Under the pieces are notes generated by a model, which ran no database searches, was not told the origin of the DNA, and was given only the letters and a program-made list of their open reading frames with translations. A stretch of DNA of 64,000 nt from the human T2T-CHM13v2.0 reference genome, Homo sapiens: the NCBI RefSeq assembly GCF_009914755.1, contig NC_060935.1; one strand, written 5' to 3'. Positions 40,646 to 54,346 of this stretch are shown piece by piece; the stretch's first letter is position 1, and each line of letters opens with the position of its first letter. The translations under genes were made by a program, and so were the position numbers.

Positions 40646-42531
40646 CTCACTCTGCTATAAAGCTCAGGAGTACAGGGACTTTACTCATACCTGTGTGAAC
40701 CACAGCACCTTAACTAAGAAATTAGACAATGTTTGAAGAATCTAATTACATAGCATCATTTTTCACATGTCTAAAAACCAAAATTCAAGAGACAGAAAGA
40801 TAGCTGTAGACTTCGTAACCCAATTATCACCATTTCTAATTAGATAAGTTAAAATGGACATATTCCCAAGAAATTATAGCAAGAATAACAAATTATCACT
40901 TATAAAAGGTACTAGAATCTTTTAAAAGGCATGTTAACAGACATTATCATTATTTTCCAAATGTGGTATTAACATTATCCTGATCATGTTACAAATGAGA
41001 AATCTGAGGCTCAGAGATTAGATTCCTGTATGGTCCCAAATACATATTGGCATTATAGAAATGTTTCTTCTACAAAATGCTTCTTCCTAAAAGCCTGGGT
41101 CTCATGAGTTACTGCCCGTAAGGCCCAGAACATAATAATTTGAATATTCTCCACCAAACCATGGTATTTTCAAAATAGAGAACTGAAACAACAATGGATT
41201 GTAAGGCATTTCTATCTCCTCTATATGAATAGATGCACCAAATAATTCCTTGGCAGTAGTATCTACACAAGGAATATATGTGTAAGTGACTATTATCTCA
41301 AGCCCAAACAGGTTTTCTAAAGCCAACAAACTACTCTGTGAATATAGACATTGTGTAGGAATCTGTTGCTTTGCAGCAAGTCTTCACTCATGAAAGTCTC
41401 TCTGACAACAATCTGGGCTAGGGCTTGGCACATTTCAGCCTCTCTATCCTTTATCGCATTTCTCTTCTCTGGAAATTCTGCTAGTATTTTCAGCAACCGA
41501 AACTAGATTGAGAGAGCTTCAGATTTTAGTACAAGTGTCTGATGAGTCTTGCTTACTTGGATCTGGACCACATGGCCAAGTAAAAGCTGCAAATTCTAAG
41601 CTTCTGTAAAGACAAAATAGGCAAACAATCTTGAAAAGAGGGATGGTTCACTCTGGCCTAAGAGAGAAAGGTGGCTACCCAAAAAGAGCAGTGGCTACTG
41701 AGTAGAGAAGACAACAGGCAAATTTAAAAATCTTACTCCAAGAGAAGAGAAGCCAACCCACAGTTGTGGCACCAGGAGGCTTTCGGCAGTTTGGGCCGTG
41801 ATATCATGATGTCTATTACTGTGACTAGATTTCTCACTGTACTTACTGCCCTTTCAATGATGTGCCTTAAGTTTTGGCAGTAGTAGATAAACTAACTCTC
41901 TGGTTGATTTAAATTTTTAACTGAGCCTATACTTGGTTTTTAAAGTCTAGGGAAGGAAGGCAGTGGGAGAATGGATGTGGTTAAGAGCTTCCTGGGGTGA
42001 CCTGGTGTGTGGAAGTTCAAGCAAAAGGACAAAGCCTTTCAGCAGCCACTCCTTCCATGAATGAACACTGTACTTCTCTTCCATTAGGGTCTATACTCTC
42101 TGCTCTCTGTCTAGTGAATTAGTCTCTCTAAAGCCTCTTCTGGACAACTATGCTGGTGTTCCACTGTCCCAGGAACAAAAGTCAAACTACCTTACAGGGT
42201 TTTTCAGGCTCTTCACTAGAGGATCCAACCTACCTTCTAGTCTTATTTCCTCTTCCTACATTCATGTTTCACATAGAACCATTAGTTTTTCCCTGCATAT
42301 GAACCCCCAATCCCACATAGACCATGTGCCCTTTGGGCCTTTGTGATATTGCTCATTCTGCCTCAAAATACTCCTTTCCTATTTCTGTATCTCTAGATCC
42401 TATCTCCTCTTCAAGGCTCAGCTAGAGACTTCTCAATGAAGCCCTCCCTGATTTCCAGGCTCATACCAACCCATATAATCACCTGTAAGCTGGAAGTTCT
42501 CTCCTTTGTCTAGAATCTGTTGTTTATGTAC

Positions 42532-43078
42532 ATGTTTTATCTTTCTGGGCTGGTTTGAACCATCCCTGCCTCTACCCTGAAGCATTTTCTGCCTTTCAAT
42601 GCCTTGTTCCATGTGCTGGAATGCTGATGCTTAACCATGTTGCCAACTGGCTCCCTTGCCTGCAAGCTTCCACTTGTGTTCAGCCAATGGCAGGTACCAG
42701 AAGAAAGATCAGCTGTTGGGAGGAGAGATCTTCCCTCTCCTCCCTGTTTTAGCACTGTGTATCCACCAGTAGTCACTTCCCTCCAAGATTACAGCTTCTG
42801 CCAAGTGACCCCTTTTCTACTCCTCGGTTCTCATGAGTCTCCAGTTACACTCTTTCCTTCTCTTGCTCCTTTGGCCATAGGAGTAGTAATGGCTCATCCC
42901 ATTGCTAGTGTCTGGGTGCCTCAACAGCCCTTGTTTATTCCTATGACATACATGTCTGTAGATAGCCCTTTCATGAAAGTCTTTTTACACACACCATCTA
43001 GAGTGAGCTGTGCTCACTCAATACGATATTGCAAAGGCCTAATGATGCATGTCTTACCTGGCACCCTGACTGATAAAC
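42532..43078 (+). mobile_element. LTR33-like ERVL solo LTR
   Basis: TTCAGCCAATGGCAGGTACCAG..AGATCAG motif; ends GGCACCCTGACTGATA. Confidence 0.65.
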
Positions 43079-43182
43079 ACTCTTATCAGATATTCATCAT
43101 GAAGGCATTATTTTCATGGTACAGGGAAATAATGTGGGGTGAGGGTCAGTTATCTGTAGAGACTTTTCATCAGAATACAGGG

Positions 43183-43644
43183 TATAGTGGATTGAATGGT
43201 GGCCTTCAAAGGAATATGTCCTTGTCTAATACCCAGACACTGTGAGTGCTATCTAATATGGAAAATGGGTATTGGCAGATATAGTTACATTAATACATTA
43301 ATACATGTAATCTTAATTACATTAAAGTATCATCCTGTGTTATTTGGGTGGGCTCTAAATCCAATGATAAGTGTCCTTATAACAGACAGAAGAAAAGACA
43401 AATACATGAAGAAGAGTGGTGATGTGACCATGTAGGCAAAGATTGGAAGCCAAAGAATGCCAACAGCTCCCAGAAGCTGGAAGAGGTAGGGGAGAATTCT
43501 CCCCAGAACCTCCGGAGGGAGTACTACCCTGCCAACACCTTGATCTTGTACTGCTGGCCTCCAGGACTATGAGACAATGCATTTCTGTTGTTTTGCACTA
43601 GAAAGTTTGTGGTCATTTGTTTGCAGCCCCAGGAAACTCATGCA
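43183..43644 (+). mobile_element. MLT1C/D-like solo LTR
   Basis: Start TAGTGGATTGAATGGTGGCC; CCAGAAGCTGGAAGAGG; end GCAGCCCCAGGAAACTCATGCA. Confidence 0.85.
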
Positions 43645-46218
43645 TACTAAAAACAATATTTGCAAAAATCCCAGAGGAGAATCCATCATGGATCATTGTC
43701 CTCAGTAAGGCCCAGTATGTTGGAACAAGTTAGACCACTTGAAGTGATGGCATGACATCCCCAAGGACCCCAGAAACTTAGAGGGTTACTGCCACCCTCG
43801 ATCACTTGGGCAAACTGAAGAGAGAAGTCTATCCAATTCTCTCAGAGTGAAGAATAACAAAGTCATGTGAAGGCTATAGGGATGGAAACGTCTACTAAAC
43901 CCCACTGCCAGAGATGTTTGGATAAATGATGAGCCTGTCTTTTGGATATGAACATGTTTAGCTGTGAAATAAACAGTCTTGGGACCTAAATGGTCCTGCT
44001 GAAAAGAGCTGAAGCCATTGAAGAATGCTTGAGATGATGCCCCATATGAAGCTACCCTTAAGAGAGCCACAGAAGAATGCTGCAGAAAACTCAGGGAAGC
44101 TCAGTGTGAGGACAAGAGACATTAAAATTGTGCCTAGTAAGGGCTGGAGCCAGATGAACTTGGAAAGCTATCAATTATGTGGAGGAATAAAGTTCACAAG
44201 CACATTCCACATGAACGTCTTCATGAAGGTGTTTTGTGGTTTGGAATCACTGCAGTTCCTGCACACACTATTTCTTGCTTCCTGTGGAAAGCTAGGAAAC
44301 TATTATTTATACCTCCTCAGCCTCCCTCTTCCAAACCAAAGATGATGCCTAAGGGAATTTGTTCCATTTCCCCCTACAGTAATTTATCTTTAGAGAACCT
44401 CAAATATTCCTTTGATTGAAGACCAACATTCTGTAACAAATCTTCTGTATCAGGCCAAACCTCTGCAAGTAAGACTTCTTGGTGTTGGCCAATTCATGTG
44501 CAGAAGGCTTTATCCTCTTTCTTCTTTACCTTCTTTTCAATAGTCTTGGTCTTCTGAATTCACAATCTTTTTTTTGTGTTCTTACTATTTGGTAATCATG
44601 CTGAACAAAAATTACAACTTCTAACATGTGTTGGGAGTGAAGTTAGTAAGCTTGATGCTCTCCTTATGGGAGGCTGGACCAGGTGGGGTCCTAGAGGCTA
44701 AGGCTGGTTTTAAATAGGGTGGTTACCCAAAAGTGGACCCAAGTGGAAGCTAATGCAAAACTCGGCCTAAAACAAGAATGGAAGATTGACAGCCAGAAAA
44801 GCCGTTCCAGGCATCATATCTGAAAGCTGAGAACAAAGCAAGGATTCATGGCCCAGGTAGGGCCCTAGGGAAGGATGGGGGCCTGCAGCAAACTGGGAAT
44901 TGAAATCCAGGACTCATTTTTATTTAGCACTGGCCATGATGTACTGCTAGGTCAGCTCAACTTAAGGGAGAAAAGTCAGGGCAAACAAGAACAGATTTGG
45001 GCAGTTATCCTGTCTGTGTTGGAGCCTCATTCAGCAAGAAAGAGTGTCCCCCTGCCCCCATTTTTAAAAAAACACACTAGAGCACCTACTGTATCAGAGA
45101 ATGATTAAATAACACTAATTAATTAACTTTTAAACATCAAAAATAAACGATGCCTAGTTTGGAGACTAAAATGACTGAACCCATTTTAATTCTTTAAGGA
45201 TTAATAATCTGTATGATATCATTCAATTAATGGTCTATGATTAGTCAGAACTACCTAAGACTAAACATTTACACTCCATATCAGGTCCATAGGTGCCTAT
45301 TTATTGTTATTTTCACAATAGTATCTTTTAGGTGTTCTCTTCATTTCATTTTTACATCGATCCCTTTCAAAGTCTTACATATACCAGTAAAGCTGACTTT
45401 TTTGAAATGATAGCCACCTCTCTCCCAAATTCCCAGACAAAAATGCTATGTGTAACACTAAAGGGTTGCTTTACTATTGATATTGTTACCTTTGCCATAT
45501 GTTCAGAATGATTTTCTGAGTGCCTGTGAAATGTGATCACCTCTGGTATATCACACAAATAAAAAAAAAATCAAGAGACATCTCATCTACTCAGTCTAAT
45601 TCCCACAGGTTCCCGTGGAGATACCGAGCATGCCTAACTCCAGATGGGGATGTATATTCTGAACTGCTGGTGAGGCCAGGAATGAACAGATCAAGCAGGA
45701 AAAAGAAGGCAGCTGAGCAAAATGAGGCATGACATACAGTAGAGAACGCTGCAGCTAGAGTGCAATGCACGCTGCACCATTACTGTTTGAAGCTGTTGTG
45801 CAGATAACAGCTAATGGTATAAAACAAGTGTTGGATCCGATTTGCTTCTATACCTTGAATTATACCACAAGCCAAAATAAGAGACAAAAACAAAGCCCCA
45901 ATCTAGGATGTGGCAGGCAGTGGGTAGCACTTTCAGTTACAGAACTACCTTAGCAAATGAAATTTAATGAAAAGAAACAATCTGGAGCTAGTTATACTTA
46001 AGAAGGATTTCACAAAGAGCTGCCTTCAGCCAAAAGTCCCCAGATATTTCTCCAGGGTTTATATTCCAGAGGTCCCAATTTGAGTTTGGTCCTGACTTTC
46101 AGGAAATCTGTGTTCAATTGCAGATCCATTACTTGGGAGGAAGAGGAAGTGACTCCTTGATGAATAGTGTAGACCATGAGATAGTCCAACATTCTTTAAA
46201 AAAAAAATCATTCCACAG

Positions 46219-46375
46219 TGGGGTGGGGAGAGGGAGAGCATCAGGATAAATAGCTAATATATATGGGGCTTAATACCTAGGTGATGGGTTGGTAGGTGCA
46301 GCAAACCACCATGGCACATGTAACAAACCTGCATGTCCTGCACTTGTATCCCAGAACTTAAAAATAAAATAAAAT
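46219..46375 (+). mobile_element. L1PA (older primate) 3' tip
   Basis: CTTAATACCTAGGTGATGGGTTG...GCAAACCACCATGGCAC...GAACTTAAAA tail; imperfect TSD AAAAATCATTCCACA / AAAAATTATTCAATA. Confidence 0.88.
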
Positions 46376-46539
46376 AAAAATTATTCAATACTTATTATCA
46401 AATGCCTACTATGCACCAGGCCTGGGCTAGACATTTCGGCTGTAACTGTGAGCAAGACATGGTCTCTGCCTTTGAGGAGTATGCAGTTAGAGTTGGAGAC
46501 AGAGCAGGGCGTTACAGGTAGCTTTGCCTGCTGTGAGAG

Positions 46540-46770
46540 GAGGCACAGTGTGATAAGAAGGCAGGCTCTGAATTGCATTCCTGCATTTGCATCCTGGCTG
46601 TCACCTCCTGGGGTGAATTACTTAACTTCTTTGGACCTCTGTTTCCTCATCTGTAAAGTGGGGATAGTAATATTATAATACCTTATACACTGATGGAGGG
46701 GATGAATGAGTTGACGCGTGGAAAGCACTCAGAACACGGCCTGGTGCATATAGAGCACATATGTATTAGT
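46540..46770 (+). mobile_element. MIR
   Basis: CCTCTGTTTCCTCATCTGTAAAGTGGGGATAGTAATA core. Confidence 0.8.
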
Positions 46771-48204
46771 CCGACGGAGAGAAAAATGGGTGTTATGGAA
46801 AGCATGGGAGCAGAGCATTTTGTCACATGGGAGTTGGAGAGGCCTCTCTCCCAGAAAATGACATCTCAATAGAGCGCCAAATATGAGTAGGGATTAGCGG
46901 GTGGGTGAGGCATTGGAGCCTTGGGAAAGAGGGGGTCGGCGTGTGCAGTGAGCAAGGCAGAAGTGATGTCAACAGACGTTCCCTCAAATAATTTAGTGTT
47001 CTCATGTTGCCTGATTCATTTGGCAGGAAAAACAGGTTCACAAGTTTGCTGCCTTCACCAGATGACAGATGATGGTTTCTCCAACACCTCCTCTGTGAAA
47101 TAGTCCCTGCCTTCTTGGGTTAGCTCTTCTCTTTGCTGTATCTGCAAACCCCTTAATAACAGAGTCCCAGGACACTGCAAGTGTTAACCTGTCAGTCTCC
47201 CCGACCAGGCTGTCAGCTCCAGGAGAGCTGGCACTGTTTCTTTTACACATATCCTGGTGTTTCCTGACGTCTAGAACAAGATCTGGCTTACCTTGGGTGC
47301 CCAGGAAAAATGTATTAAATAAACATCACAGCCTTTTTGTGACAGAACAGAGACTCACTTCACAGTACCATTTCTAATCTTGTATTCTTTCATCAGAATT
47401 CAACATCAGAATAATCTCAATGTATCCATTTCCAAATGTTCTATCCTTTTCAAATAGAACATTTAATTTCTGTCTTCCTTCAGGTGCCAAAGTGTGGGTA
47501 TGATTTTTCCCTCCTAAATCAAGTAGCTAGTATTTTGCTGCAATGAGGTAAACATTACAAGAGAAAGACAAATTAACAAAATATATTGAATTTGAATGAG
47601 CCTCAAATTTCTGAGAAGCTTGGCATTCATGACGATTCTCTTGCACACTATAGAGCAACAATACAAAAGTAAACCTCTCATTGCTAACTTCAACCCAAAA
47701 GTCAGAATGCTTTGTTCAGCCTTCCTTAGGTTGTCTTAGTTAATTCTCCTTCATGCATTTTTCAAGGGCCTGTTCAAGAAGCCCATGAACGACTCACTCA
47801 TGGATATTCTTCTTGGCCTTTCTCTTTCCTCTCTTTTCTTGAGGCTAGAGGTTGGGATTTTAAACCTGCATAGCACTGCTAGCCAAGGAACATTTTTCTC
47901 CTCACTCAGAATCACTCATCACTTTTGCATAGTTACCCAAAAGACAAAAGTTTAGGAACATCGCCTATATGTAATTGCAAAGACCATTTCTATATCATAA
48001 ATACCCGATGCTATGAAATGGGGGTGAGGCACATATTTGGCTAGGTGACTTCCTGCCCACACACTGCAACCAGCAGGGGAGAAGACCCTCTAAGATCCTT
48101 GTATGGGAGGGTTAGAGATGGAGACCTTTTGTTGTCATTGTACATGAGGGGGATGCCTCAGGCCTGCCAGGGTTATGGCCCCAAAGGAAGATATAAGAAT
48201 TATT

Positions 48205-48585
48205 GATTCATTTATTTATTTAACAGAGATGTATTGAGTGCCCTGTCTGTGCTGGGCACTGTGTGCTTGGCACTGAGGATATAGCACAAACAAGATGGAC
48301 AAGGACTCTGTACTTGTGGGGCTCGCATTATCATGGGAGAGAGACAGACATTAAACACATATGGAGATAAACAAATAAGATAATTCCAGATAGTGACAAC
48401 TGCTCTGAAGCACATAATTCGGGGAAATAGCACAGAGAGTGATCAGGTCCAAGAGGCACTTTAGCTAGGGTGGTTGGGGAAAGCCTCTCTGTGGAAGTGA
48501 CATTTCAGCTGAGAGTCAATGTTGAGAAGCATTCCGCCAGATGAAGACCTGGGTGGGGAGGAGAATATTCTAGGCAGAACTTAGT
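48205..48585 (-). mobile_element. L2 3' fragment
   Basis: ATTCATTTATTT...GTATTGAGTGCC...GGAAAGCCTCTCTGTGGAAGTGACATTTCAGCTGAGA. Confidence 0.78.
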
Positions 48586-50379
48586 GACAGAACAGGACTA
48601 GCTATATCTATGGCTTCTGTCTTCCTGCAAGACATAACGATTACACCAGAAAAAATCACAACTTGAGCATTTCCAGATTACTTAGGGCCTCTATGTGATG
48701 CCACTCAGAAGACATCATGTACACTCTGATGTTCTGTTCTTTTGCTGTGGGTGATGGAGCTGATGCTCTAAGACAGGAGTGGCTGCTTTGTCGTGGGGTC
48801 AGGGTGGGGTTAGAAAGAAGGATGCTGTGGCTGGAGTGGAACAAACAGGGATGGTGGTTTGGTTTGATTGCTGTAGTTAGGACCTAACAACAACACAATA
48901 AAAATTGCTATTAATCATTACCATGCTGATCCTCCAAAAGCATTATCTTGTTTGTGGAAGGTATTTGCTATTATGTCCTCTTATGTCTCCTTTCATAGAC
49001 GAGGAAACGGAAGCTTTACAGTAACAAGATAAGAACTAGAGTTTAGAGAGCAAAAGTGATCAGACCATGAAGAAACTATTGACAAAGTTATAGAAACAGG
49101 CAGAAAGAGTCCTGACTTGCCCTTTCCATTCGGAGTTTCTGAAGTTTCTTTTCTTCTCTGAGAATGGCTTTCACTTAAGCTAATCACGTTAGCCTTGATG
49201 CATCAGAGTGAGTCATTGTGAATAATATTTCCCGACATTTGACTTAATGGTACTGGCAGCATCACACAAAACATTTTTACCCTCTTTGAATTCTGTTAGG
49301 TAAGGTGATACTGACATTCATTAAACACACTTCACACTCAACTAGGAAACTATGCTCAGAAAGAATATGGAGTTCCCTATATGCATATGTAATTCTGTAT
49401 AGTGAAATTCACAGAATATCACTTAAGTAAAAGCCACACACAGATTGGAAAGAACCCCCATCTGACGGATGAAAGAGGTGATTATTTTCTGTCTCATTTG
49501 GTGATTCATTCTTAAAGATTATATAGTACCTTATCTCTAAAGCCATGGTTTTCTTCAGCCCCCAAGCTTTCTTTTATACTTACAGAGAGCTTTGATTAGA
49601 GAAAGGACCACGTTATTCTTTCTCTAGAGCATGTGGACTACACACCAAGTCCTAACCTCAAGGCAGAAGAATCCAGGGGGCTCTGGAGGGTCCAAAAGCA
49701 ACAAAACTCCAAGAAGCTGCCTTAATGAAACATGGCAATTACCCTTCTATATGAAACTTCTGATTGAAGAAAACGATTTCAGGATACTAAAAGGCAGGTC
49801 AAACTCTGCACTTGACTAGGAGAGTAGAGGCATTCTGCCAGTGGTCCTCTTTCCACAACAAAGAGGAAAGTGAACTTCAAAGAACTTGGGTCTGTGTGCA
49901 ATAACTTTATCAGGAAAAAATGCCATAGGATGTGCATCTTCTCTTCCTACATTCATGATCACCAATGATGCACATTTTAATTGGGGGTCCTGCTTATATA
50001 AACTGCCAGAGCTACAGAATGCTAAAGTACAGAAATGAAAATGGAATTAAATCCCATTAAAAGACACATGTAAAATTTAACAAGTCTAATTCTACATCAA
50101 ATTAAAAAGCTTATTTTAATTCAAAATAGCTATCATTTCTTATATGGTTAAATTTATTTATCTACAAAATAGTTTCTTGCTTTTTAACACTGATTGATGT
50201 GAAATAATTTTACACAGTGCATTTTACCCAAGTCCCCAAGAATACCTCATATGTAACAGAAAATTCTCAAGAAAAGCAAGGTTAAAATGAGTCCCAGTGC
50301 TGAAGTGACATGCTTTCTGAAATCACAAAACCAAACACATGGTCTGGACATAAGTTACATTTATATTTACGTAAGTTAA

Positions 50380-50700
<321 letters not shown>

Positions 50701-51928
50701 TAGTTTTTATGGTTTCCCTATGCCACGATTGTTAAAGATTGTTAACTTTGTTTTATGGATGAGAACTCAGAGGCCCAGGGAGATCAAGTAATTTGCCCAA
50801 GGTAGTGCAGCCAGTAAGTAGAGCCAGGGTTTGAAGGGAGCCAGTCCGCTTTCAGAACCTGACCTGGTAGCCACTACAGTAAGTCACTTCTCAGTGCCAC
50901 ATTTTCTCTGATTTACCACTAAAATATTTGAAATCATGCCTCTTCCAAATATCCAGAGCATATTGCTATGGTACTGAAATCATCACTTTTAGGAGTCTAT
51001 TATTTCTATCTTTAGTTTAAAAAAAACCCCACAAAAGTAATATGCATTCTATAGAAAAATTCAAATAATGTCGATGTGTTAAAAATAGCAAAAAGTCATA
51101 GCCTGATCTTTAAAGGACTCCTATTTTACAGGTGATGGATTTGATTTTTAGAAAATCGATGTCGTTATTTATTCCGGATGATTATCGCATAACCTTGTTC
51201 CCCTTCATCTGTTCTTTTCCACCTACCCTCCACCACTATTTCTTACTGGCTGGACTGCTTTTTGTAGACAGCCCAAGACTTCACTCCTTGCCGATACAGT
51301 GACAAGATATGCTCTGCCCTCTTACTCACTCTTATCTAGAAGGTTCCTGAAAACGGAAGACCACGTGGGAGTTCTGTAAACTATGTATGTTTCTTCACTA
51401 TGCACAACAGGAAACAAGCTGAGTGCACATGTGATAAGATGGTAATCAAAAAATATCAAACAAATATCTAAGTAGAGGGAGGTTTTGATATCTTAGAACC
51501 AGAAGTCATCTCGTAGATAATCTAACCCAAACCATTACTTTACTGATGACAAAATGGAGACCCAAAGAAATGCAGAGGAAAGAAAACATACTTTGGCATC
51601 CAAAAAAGAAAAGTTTGAATCCTGACTCTGCAACTAATTGGCTGTTCAATCTTGTCAATGTCCCTAACCTCTTTGAACCTCAATTTATTTTTCTATGAAA
51701 CTTCGAAGAGGGTTACCACTTTACTCCACTGCCACCACCATCACTCTTTCTAATAGAACACACCATGTTCCTCTGACTGGTTTCTGAATAGCCTCTTGAC
51801 TTCTTACCACTTGCAATCTGTTCTTAGCCAAAGTGGACTTTAAAAAAACATAAATCAGATCATGTCATACTTAAAGTTCTTCAAAGACTTTTCGTTGGCT
51901 CCAGAATCCTGCAAAGCCTCACATGCAC

Positions 51929-52292
51929 TGATATTGTTTAGCTGTGTCCCCACTCAAATCTCATCTTGAATTGTAATCCCCATCATCCCCATGCATTATG
52001 GGAGGGACCTAGTAGGAGGTAATTGAATCATGGGGGCAGTTTCCCCCATGCTGTTCTTGTGATAGTGAGTGAGTTCTCACAAGATATGATGTTTTTATAA
52101 GCTTCTGGCATTTCCCCTGCTGGCACTCATCCTCTCTCCTGCTACCCTGTGAAGAGGTGACTTCTGCCATGATTGTAAGTTTCCTGAGGTCTCCCAAGCC
52201 ATGTGGAACTATGAGTCAATTAAACCTCTTTTCTTTATAAGTTAGCCAGTCTCGGGTGTTTATTCATAGCAGCATGAGAATGGACTAATACA
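51929..52292 (+). mobile_element. THE1D-like solo LTR nested in an L2 fragment (about 51740-52740)
   Basis: TGATATTGTTTAGCTGTGTCCCC...GGACTAATACA; perfect TSD TGCAC at 51924-51928 and 52293-52297. Confidence 0.92.
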
Positions 52293-54126
52293 TGCACTGA
52301 CCCAGCCTTCCTGCCTCCCTTCCCTTCTTGGCTTTCCTCAGCTCTCCTCTGGCCACACAGGCCTCCTTTCTTTCCTGGAACATACAGAGCTCTTTCTGGC
52401 TTGAAAGCCTTTCTGTTAGCTGTTCCACTGTCTGGGATTCTTTCTGTCTTGTTCTTCCATGGATAGCTCCATCTCATGCTTCAGGGCTCAAGTAAACCCC
52501 CATTGATGCCTCTGACCATTCCATCTGAAAAGACCCATCTATTGAACTTTGCGTATCATATAACTTTGTATATTTCTTTCACAGCACTTTTCATCGTCTA
52601 TAATTATCTTTTTTATATTAATAGATAAAATATGTTTAACCTTAATTATCTGTGTCTCTTCTTACAACACAACATCCTTGTGGACAGGACCCTTATTTGA
52701 CCAGAACAGCATCTGATGCACAGGAAACAACTTCTCAAGTGATTGATATTTTTTATTAGTAACAATAATAGACATCTAAACACTTTAAGTGAAATCACAG
52801 GAAACAACCCCTTGCTCCAGTGGGACTTCCTTTGGGCTAGAAGAGTCAACCTTTAGGCTTTTGCTATCTCCCGGGGACTAGGCAAGTCAGGGAGGGGGAA
52901 ATGCTGGGCTGGGATCAGAAGATTGAAGAAGGTGTGCTAGAAGAATTCTGGTGCACACAGCCAAGGCCAAGGGGTCAGCATTAGTAATGGCAAGTAAGGC
53001 CAGGGTCTGGAGTCTCTGAATTCTGCTCAAACCCTTTCCCTGTCCATCCCCACCATGACTATACCCCTGGGAGCTGGATGTCCAGAAAGCACTCTAGGAC
53101 ATAAAATGCTTAGCGTTACTATCTGGGACTCTTAGTTACCAGGCACTTTTGACTTTGGTTACAGGGAGGCCCAAATTGCAATCTTCATCCTCTAGCATTT
53201 TGGCGACCCAGTCACAAGTCCTTGCCTAAGCCTAAATGTTTCCTCCTTGGAGGTGGTACAAGAAGATAATCAGGGCAAGCAAAGAAGAAATGCTCAGTCC
53301 ATAACAAAGGCCGGCAATTCCAGTACAGCATGGAGGCCTCAGAGTTTCCTATCAGCAAGAGGGCAGCCTTGAGGTTCCACACCTTGAGGTTTCACATGAC
53401 CCTCAAGGGTCAAAGAGTTATGATTCCACCTGGGGGGCCTTTTGGAGCCCTTAGGAGAAGTTTTATCCAATATAATCATGCAGTAAGGGAACTAGGGACA
53501 AGGTAATTCCTCAGAGCAGCACTTTTATGTTTCATCAAGTCTGAGATAGAAGGAGGGGGTGAATATTTAATATCTTAGGTAAATTTCCAACATGGAAAGA
53601 AGGAATGTACTAATTGTATCTGCCAAAAGCCTGGGAAGCTTGGGTTAGACTTGATTACCAAGTTCTCCTTGTCAAAGGCTGAGAAGGCCAGAAGGAGTTC
53701 TGTGCTTCCTTTATCTCTCTCCAGGCTCCAGCTTGGATGGTGGCCAACATTTTATTCGGAGTGAGAGTGAGGGGGAGGTACATGGGCTTTCTTAAATACA
53801 GGATATATAATTCATAGGCAAATGCCCACTCTCTCTCTCGCTTCCTCTTCCACTCCAAAAGTGCTTTCCCCAGCTGTCCTCTCTTTCTGCGCTTATATAT
53901 CTTCTGACTTTTGCATTCTGCACATCAAATCCATCTCACTAGTCTTGACAGCTGAACTTGCTTCCTGTGCTGCTTCTGATCACTATCAGTAAAGAGGTTG
54001 TGGGTTTAGCACAGGAGCTTATCCTGGGTCCCATATTTATTATTTCTGATAAGCAGCTCAGAGGGCAAAGGCTTTTTTCCTCCCTCCTAGGCCACCTCCC
54101 TTTATCATCATTATCTCCATCTTATT

Positions 54127-54346
54127 ATTTTTTTATTTTACGTTACGTTCTGGGATACATGTGCAGAACGTGCAGGTTTGTTACATAGCTATACATGTGC
54201 CATGGTGGTTTACTGCACCTATCAACCCATCATTTAGGTTTTAAGCCCCCCATGCATTAGGTATTTGTCCTAATGTTCTCCTTCTCCTTACCCCCCACCT
54301 CCCAACAGGCCCCAGTGTGTGATGTTCCCCTCTCTGTGTCCATATG
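54127..54346 (-). mobile_element. L1PA (about PA8) 3' tip
   Basis: GGGATACATGTGCAGAACGTGCAGGTTTGTTACAT...; TSD TCTCCATCTTATT at 54114-54126 and 54347-54359. Confidence 0.9.

Noticed and set aside
40195-40736. ORFs with IYLS/MYAC repeats
   Set aside because: Translations of the TCTA/TATG microsatellite.
42637-43245. 202-aa ORF, the longest outside the retrocopy and L1
   Set aside because: Non-ATG start, runs through LTR33-like and MLT1 sequence, and has no recognisable domain.
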